This document shows positions 57,880-64,000 of a stretch of 64,000 bases of DNA, in pieces (position 1 is the first letter of the stretch; every line of letters starts with the position of its first letter). Source of the stretch: Octopus vulgaris (lineage: Eukaryota); NCBI GenBank assembly GCA_951406725.2, contig OX597824.1, positions 41,974,001-42,038,000 on the forward strand, given 5' to 3'. Both the position numbers and the translations under genes were made by a program. The notes beneath the pieces were generated by a model. It searched no databases. It saw nothing but the letters and a program-made list of their open reading frames with translations, and was not told the DNA's origin.

Positions 57880-58098
57880 TAGTGTAGATTTAAACACAAA
57901 AGAAAATTACCCTTTAACAGGTAATTTTAAATGCTATAAGAAGCAGCCAACACGGCCAAAACCACGATTTAATAGCAATTTTCGAAGGAAATGAAACAAA
58001 AACTTTTACCTTGTTATTTCTATTTGCGGATATACCATGGTTTAAAATTTCTTTAGTAAATGTGATATTTATAACAAATATTCGCTACCCTATATATG

Positions 58099-58129
<31 letters not shown>

Positions 58130-58131
<2 letters not shown>

Positions 58132-58345
58132 ACGGGAAAGTTTACGAAAATAAACAAAAGACGAAGGCAGGTAGAGTACAAACAAACAAATGTATTAGTA
58201 TAGCGCTCAGGAATAGAAATAGAAAAAGTCTTTTACGTTTCGATCCTATGCTTTTCGACAGAAAGATACACAGAAAAAAAAACAGGGAGAGAAACAAGGA
58301 GAGAAAAAATGCGTGTAGGAGCTAACGATCTATCATGGCGTTCTG
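58130..58345 (-). mobile_element. PLE-like fragment, CUGUNGA hammerhead family
   Basis: Near-identical to 50567-50762. Minus 58266-58229: tcttt CTGTCGA a aagc atag gatc GAAA cg TA aaaga. Confidence 0.7.
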
Positions 58346-58629
58346 ACTTCGGACGTTATTTATATAACGTTGGTGGTGAATTTTTATGCAAAGAATCAGA
58401 AAGACTGACCACATTTTGAGAGGTGGGAAAGTTTGAATGCTGTGTGAAACACGAAGGCATTCATTGCCGATCTGCTGGTAGCCTTACAATATTTGCACAG
58501 CTGGGAGAATACCACTCAAATTTGGAAAGTGGCTGAATTCTCCATGTGTTGTAGGTTTTTTTTGTTTTTTTTTACTTGAACAGATGTAGTGTAGTTATGA
58601 ATGATTTATCTAGGGTACTTAAGATATTC

Positions 58630-59470
58630 AGTTCTTTTTGTATATTAGTGGTTGCATAAATAGAGGGATATGGCCAGCTATCTTTGATGGCTCAGTAGCT
58701 AAGAGCATCTGCTACTAAGGACTATTGACATAAAACAAGTGGAGTTCCGACCTGTTGGCTGGCTTCAAGTGCCGTAGAATCATGGCGATGAGGCGTTACG
58801 TTGTATTTCGTTGTGTATTGAGTAGTTGCGATGAGTTAGCAATAGGAAGCCAATAGATGCATATATTGGCATAGATGCAGGTACAGTTACGGTTTTGGAA
58901 AGGGTGGGTTTTGAAGGAGAGGCCAAAGGTGTTTGGAGTATCTTTGTGTCGGTCTGGAATATGTGTAGTAAATGAAACAAGCTGATTGAAAGACATGAGA
59001 ATTACACATTAATCTTTTGGCATCAGTAGCACCAATATGGAATGAGTGTGAGGACCGCAATGAAATCATAGCATGGAAGTTACTGAAGTGGATGATTTTT
59101 TTGAGGAGTGAGATTTGATACATTCTCAGTGCAGGAGGAGATGTGGTCGATGAACTGCTGATGGTTCCAGGAGTAAATGTACTTGGTAGAGAGTGAGACA
59201 GGAATCTTGGTACTGAGAAACTAGAAATCAGTACAGGTGAGATCCATATGAGAAAGGTGAGTAACTGGGAGACTGGGACCCAAGTAAGTTTTAGAGTGGT
59301 GTTTGAATAGAGAGAGTAGCCTGCACAGCGGAGATAAATTGTATAAAGGCATTGATGGATTTATATCTCTTAGAGGAATAGGATGTGTGGTTCGCATTTA
59401 AGAGGTGATGTGAAGGATCTGGATTGGAAAGAAACCCCTGGATATTTGAGAAGAGGAGTGAGAATTCGCT
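58630..59470 (-). mobile_element. Possible ancient LINE fragment (RNase H-like region)
   Basis: Strong C/A skew on the minus strand and an LKLTWVP motif reminiscent of non-LTR RNase H. Frames are badly broken. Confidence 0.3.
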
Positions 59471-59971
59471 GGAGGGCTTAGATTTATTTATCTGTTTATT
59501 TTGGTGGATGCAACATAATGAAATATAGTGGACGAGGACGCAGCAAGTTCAAAAAACTTCTCTCTAGTCGGATACCGGTTTTGAATGCTTTCAACGAAGG
59601 ACCACCGCTAAAAGCACCCATAGGCCAATGGTACCTACCATAATCAAAATTTAGGTGTACTCCGCACTCTGTACAGAAAAAGTTATTTTAGAATGATGAA
59701 AAAATAATAATACCGATACAGTATTAGCATTATTATTATTATTATTATTAGTAGTAGTAGTAGTAGTAGTAGTACTATTACTACTACTACTAATAGTAGT
59801 AGTAGTAGTAGTGTGTACATTTTGGCGCGTGTGTTAATATCTCTAAAAACATGTAGTAACATACTCAAGTACATATGCATATATATATGTATATATGCGT
59901 TTATGTGTATGTATGCATGTATGAATGTATTATAACATATATGTATATATATATATATGTATATGGATTTC

Positions 59972-60011
<40 letters not shown>

Positions 60012-60024
60012 TATGTGCATGTGG

Positions 60025-60080
<56 letters not shown>

Positions 60081-60206
60081 GTATGTGTGCATTATTTATG
60101 TATGTATATATATGTATATATATGCATGTATATATATATACATGTATATATATACATATATATACATACATAAATAATGCACAAATATATATATATATAT
60201 ATGTAT

Positions 60207-60252
<46 letters not shown>

Positions 60253-60853
60253 ATGAATATTGCTAACTTTGTTCAAATAATACTTTTAAAAACTTCAAAT
60301 AATATATTTGCGTGTGGAAAATGGAAGTGGGTAGCGAAAAGAAGACAGGAAGAAGACATAGACAAATAGATAGATAGATAGATAGAGAGAGAGGGGGGAG
60401 GGAGGGAGGGAGCGGGAGAAATAGCCAAGTAAAATGATGAGAGCATGTACATTTAGCAGTACCATTTGGTCTCAGCTGGTGGCCTGAAAACATTACAAAA
60501 ACTCCATGCGAAATTGTATTTGCCATAACGTATACCCAGACGTAAACTCTATTATTGGACGCCGTGAGCAACGCCGGCGTTGGGTGACATATATATCATG
60601 TCAATGAATGATATTCGATATTAGTAATGGACAATAGAAAAACAGCGCAAACATATGTAAATATATACAGACATGATGTACGCTATATGTTCATTTTAAA
60701 TAAAATTCCATTTCACATCAAAGAAGAAATTAGAATTACAATTGTCCTTCATTTTGTGCTATATATACGTGTATACGTGTAAGTGCGTGTGTGTAAGTGT
60801 ATCTATATATAATTATGTACGTATGTATGCATGTATGTATGTATATGTGTCTG

Positions 60854-60912
<59 letters not shown>

Positions 60913-60939
60913 CTGTACGTGCATAAAACATATATATGC

Positions 60940-60996
<57 letters not shown>

Positions 60997-60997
60997 C

Positions 60998-61195
60998 ACA
61001 TGCTTGGTCGTGTGTTAAGAAGCGTGGTTCCCAACCACATGGTTCCGGGTTCAAACTGACTGCGTGGCACCTTGGGCAAGTGCTTTCTACCAAAGCCTAG
61101 GGCCGACCACAGCCTTGTCAGTGGATTTGGTAGACGGAAACTGAAAGAAGCCCGTCATATATATATATATGACGGGCTTCTTTCAGTTTCCGTCT
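60998..61195 (+). mobile_element. SINE family A head ending in a fold-back palindrome
   Basis: Head runs to AGAAGCCCGTC, then (AT)7 and an inverted 25-bp copy. Confidence 0.85.
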
Positions 61196-61483
61196 GGCCC
61201 AGTGGTTAGGGCAGCGGACTCGCGGTTGTAGGATCGTGGTTTCGATTCCCAGACCAGGCGTTGTGAGTGTTTATTGAGCGAAAACACCTAAAGCTCCACG
61301 AGGCTCCGGCAGGGGGTGGTGGCGATCGCTGGTGTACTCTTTCGCCTCAACTTTCTCTCACTCTTTCTTCTGTTGGGCTGCTCGCTTAGCCAGTGGGGTG
61401 GCGTCATTTGAAGGCTAAAACAATGCGAAGCGCATTGTGACCAGCAACATCTGATAGCCTGGTCGGTCACGTGATCACGTGAT
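61195..61483 (+). mobile_element. SINE family C with alternative 3' module
   Basis: Matches the 4431 copy up to CAACTTTCTCTCACTCT, then has an unrelated tail ending (TCACGTGA)2. Confidence 0.85.
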
Positions 61484-61494
61484 ATATATTTATA

Positions 61495-61593
<99 letters not shown>

Positions 61594-61595
61594 AC

Positions 61596-61781
61596 TCTTT
61601 TACTTGTTTCAGTCATTTGACTGCGGCCATGCTGGAGCACCGCCTTTAGTCGAGCATATCGACCCCGGGACTTATTCTTTGGAAGCCCAGTACTTATTTA
61701 CGGGGACGTAAACACACCAGCATCGGTTGTCAAGCGATGGTGGTGGTGGTGGGGGGGACAAACACAGACACACAAACATAT

Positions 61782-61840
<59 letters not shown>

Positions 61841-61967
61841 TTCGACAGGCATTGGTCGGCCCGAGGCTATAGAAGAAGGCACTTGCCCAAGATGCCACGC
61901 AGTGGGACTGAACCCGGAACCATGTGGTTGGTAAGCAAGCTACTTACCACACAGCCACTCCTGCGCC
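61596..61967 (-). mobile_element. SINE family A with two internal deletions
   Basis: Reverse complement of family A. A further decayed plus-strand 3' half follows at about 62010-62185. Confidence 0.88.
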
Positions 61968-62191
61968 ATTTATATATGTTTGTATATATGTATATATGTA
62001 CATATCGATGTGTGTATGTCTTTGCGCCAGTGTTTGTCCTTTGACACCGGTTGACTACTGGTGTTTGTGTGATTATTTCCCTGTAGCAATCGGCAAGAGA
62101 TTCCAATAGAATAAGTACTGGGCTTATAAAAAAAAACGCCTGGGGGACGTAACCAAGCATGGCCGTAGTCAAGTGACCGAAACGATCTCTC

Positions 62192-62235
<44 letters not shown>

Positions 62236-62992
62236 TACATAATGAGACAGAGTATGCCTGTGTCTGTGTGTGCGGGTTACACAATTTAGAGCTTTTGAGG
62301 CAATTCTGCTTGAACAATTTTTATGTCTTAGATACAGAATAATAAGAAAATATTTAAAATACAAGGAGATTTACCAGAGAAGGAAACTTCGAAAATATAC
62401 CGTCAACTTAATTAGTATTATTTATTTGATAATCTTCTAATGTGAAGTACGTTTTTGTTTTCTTTTTGAAATACTGTAAATCTATTTCTTTCTTTTGTTG
62501 AAAGGGTGTGCTTTAAGTGAGATTTAGATATTTTTAGTAACTCAAGTTACCACAGAGACACACGTGTGTGTGTGTGTGTGTGTTTTGTTGTGCTAAAAAA
62601 GCAACTTTTTCTCAGAATATTTTGCACAATAATCTTTTAAAGCCATTTGTAGCGAGAAGAACTTTTTATGTCTGAGTTTGCTGAAAATTTGTTTAAGGGT
62701 TAGTTTAAACATCAGTTACATTGATTTCAAGGCAAAAATGTAAAATTCCAAACATATTCTTAAATAAACCCTGGTGCCATATGGCACCGCTAGGATAGTA
62801 AGAGTACAAAAATACAACTCTGGCTATTTGTTCCTTTTCATCCAGTAATCAAATGTATAATATGTTCCTCTTTTAGAGCAGTGAAAATAATAAAAAGCAA
62901 GGCAATGTGATACATTTTATGATAATTATTATTGAAAAAAATGCTCCTTTATCATATTTAATTTATTATGAGTTAGTCACGACAGTAACAGA

Positions 62993-64000
62993 TTATTTTT
63001 CATGTTAATCTGCAAAACACGAGATACATAGTCCTACATCGCATTTTTCACATTCAGCTCAAGTCTGTGATTTACAAAATTATCATTTGCATTTGCGTCG
63101 CTTGTTTCCAGTTACATAATGTTCAAAGCTATTGTATCACATATCAGAATCTACTGGACATGATTTCTGTTTTTTTTTTTTTTTTTTGCCAGAACTTTTT
63201 GACTGAACCTGAAATCTTCGCAAGTTTGACCTGGCAACTGCTCTTTTGAAGTCCAGTTGATCTAATGCAGAACCCCTTCCTCGTGCTAAAATCCAAGCAT
63301 TTTGAATGGAAACATCTACAGTCCATGTAAAAAGAATCCACCACTATTTTTTTCCTACGTATGCGAATGCGATACGCGTTGATGTTTAGGCCCATCTGAT
63401 CGGTTTCTCCCATATTCTTGTAATTATAAACTGCCTGAGGAAATGGTACCTCTATATGTTTTAACTTTTTCTTAGACTAGCGCTTGACTTTGTTAACAGG
63501 GTTCTTCCCACGAATGGTGATCCCACTGTCACAACAGCGGTATCCTTCCATCTGGTGATTTTTGTAGCATTGGATCCCAGGACTCTGGTGACAGTCTCTG
63601 AAGAGCCTCGCTCGTTTTTATAATCAAAACAGCGTACAGAAGAAATAGGACACGAAGCATCTAATCTGTTTGCTCTCAATTTACTAATATCAATGTATCC
63701 TAAAGTTTTGAGTTGATTTAGAAGTGGCACTGATGTGAACAAGTTATCAAAATATACATGAGGAATATATATAAGGAAGGTGTTTTTTCTCACCACTATA
63801 GGATACCAGTAAATGAAGTACAGTTGATGAACACTTTCCATAAATCGAATCTAATTCTACATTTCCACAGTGGGTCTTCACTTAGGTATCAAAGACTATT
63901 AAATATACTGCAGACAAATTTTGATATCAGATTTGTATCCGAATCTTATAGGTTTATTGCAAACAGATTGCTTGCAGTTATGCTTGCCAAAATAGTCCAC
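62993..64000 (-). pseudogene. piggyBac-superfamily transposase pseudogene, C-terminal part; 5' end outside the window
   Basis: [59 protein letters not shown] and the cysteine-rich tail CEKCDVGLCISCF; contains stops and frameshifts. Confidence 0.9.

Overview
AT-rich eukaryotic DNA saturated with microsatellites, probably intergenic or intronic. The SINE, LINE and simple-repeat make-up is what I would expect from an octopus (coleoid cephalopod) genome; this is inference from recalled families, not a database hit. I see no intact host protein-coding gene, and almost all ORF-track entries are translations of simple repeats or SINEs. Supportable content: three tRNA-headed SINE families (called A, B, C here); decayed CR1-group, L1/Tx1 and R4/Dong LINE fragments; a full-length dead mariner; a decayed piggyBac; Tc1/Tigger/Helitron-type ends; and many short Penelope-like (PLE) fragments carrying minimal type-I hammerhead ribozyme (HHR) motifs. 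The most interesting signals are: (1) several unrelated HHR families, including a U3-A8 compensatory core and a family-wide non-canonical CUGUNGA+A core; (2) SINE-B arrays whose 8 junctions fall at only two positions in the SINE's own head, each fully linked to a tail variant, with a Tx1-like tail; (3) a SINE-A/CR1-like LINE pair sharing a 3' tail with a conserved stem-loop of different sequence; (4) recurrent fold-back palindromes. Everything was read by eye, so element boundaries are approximate.
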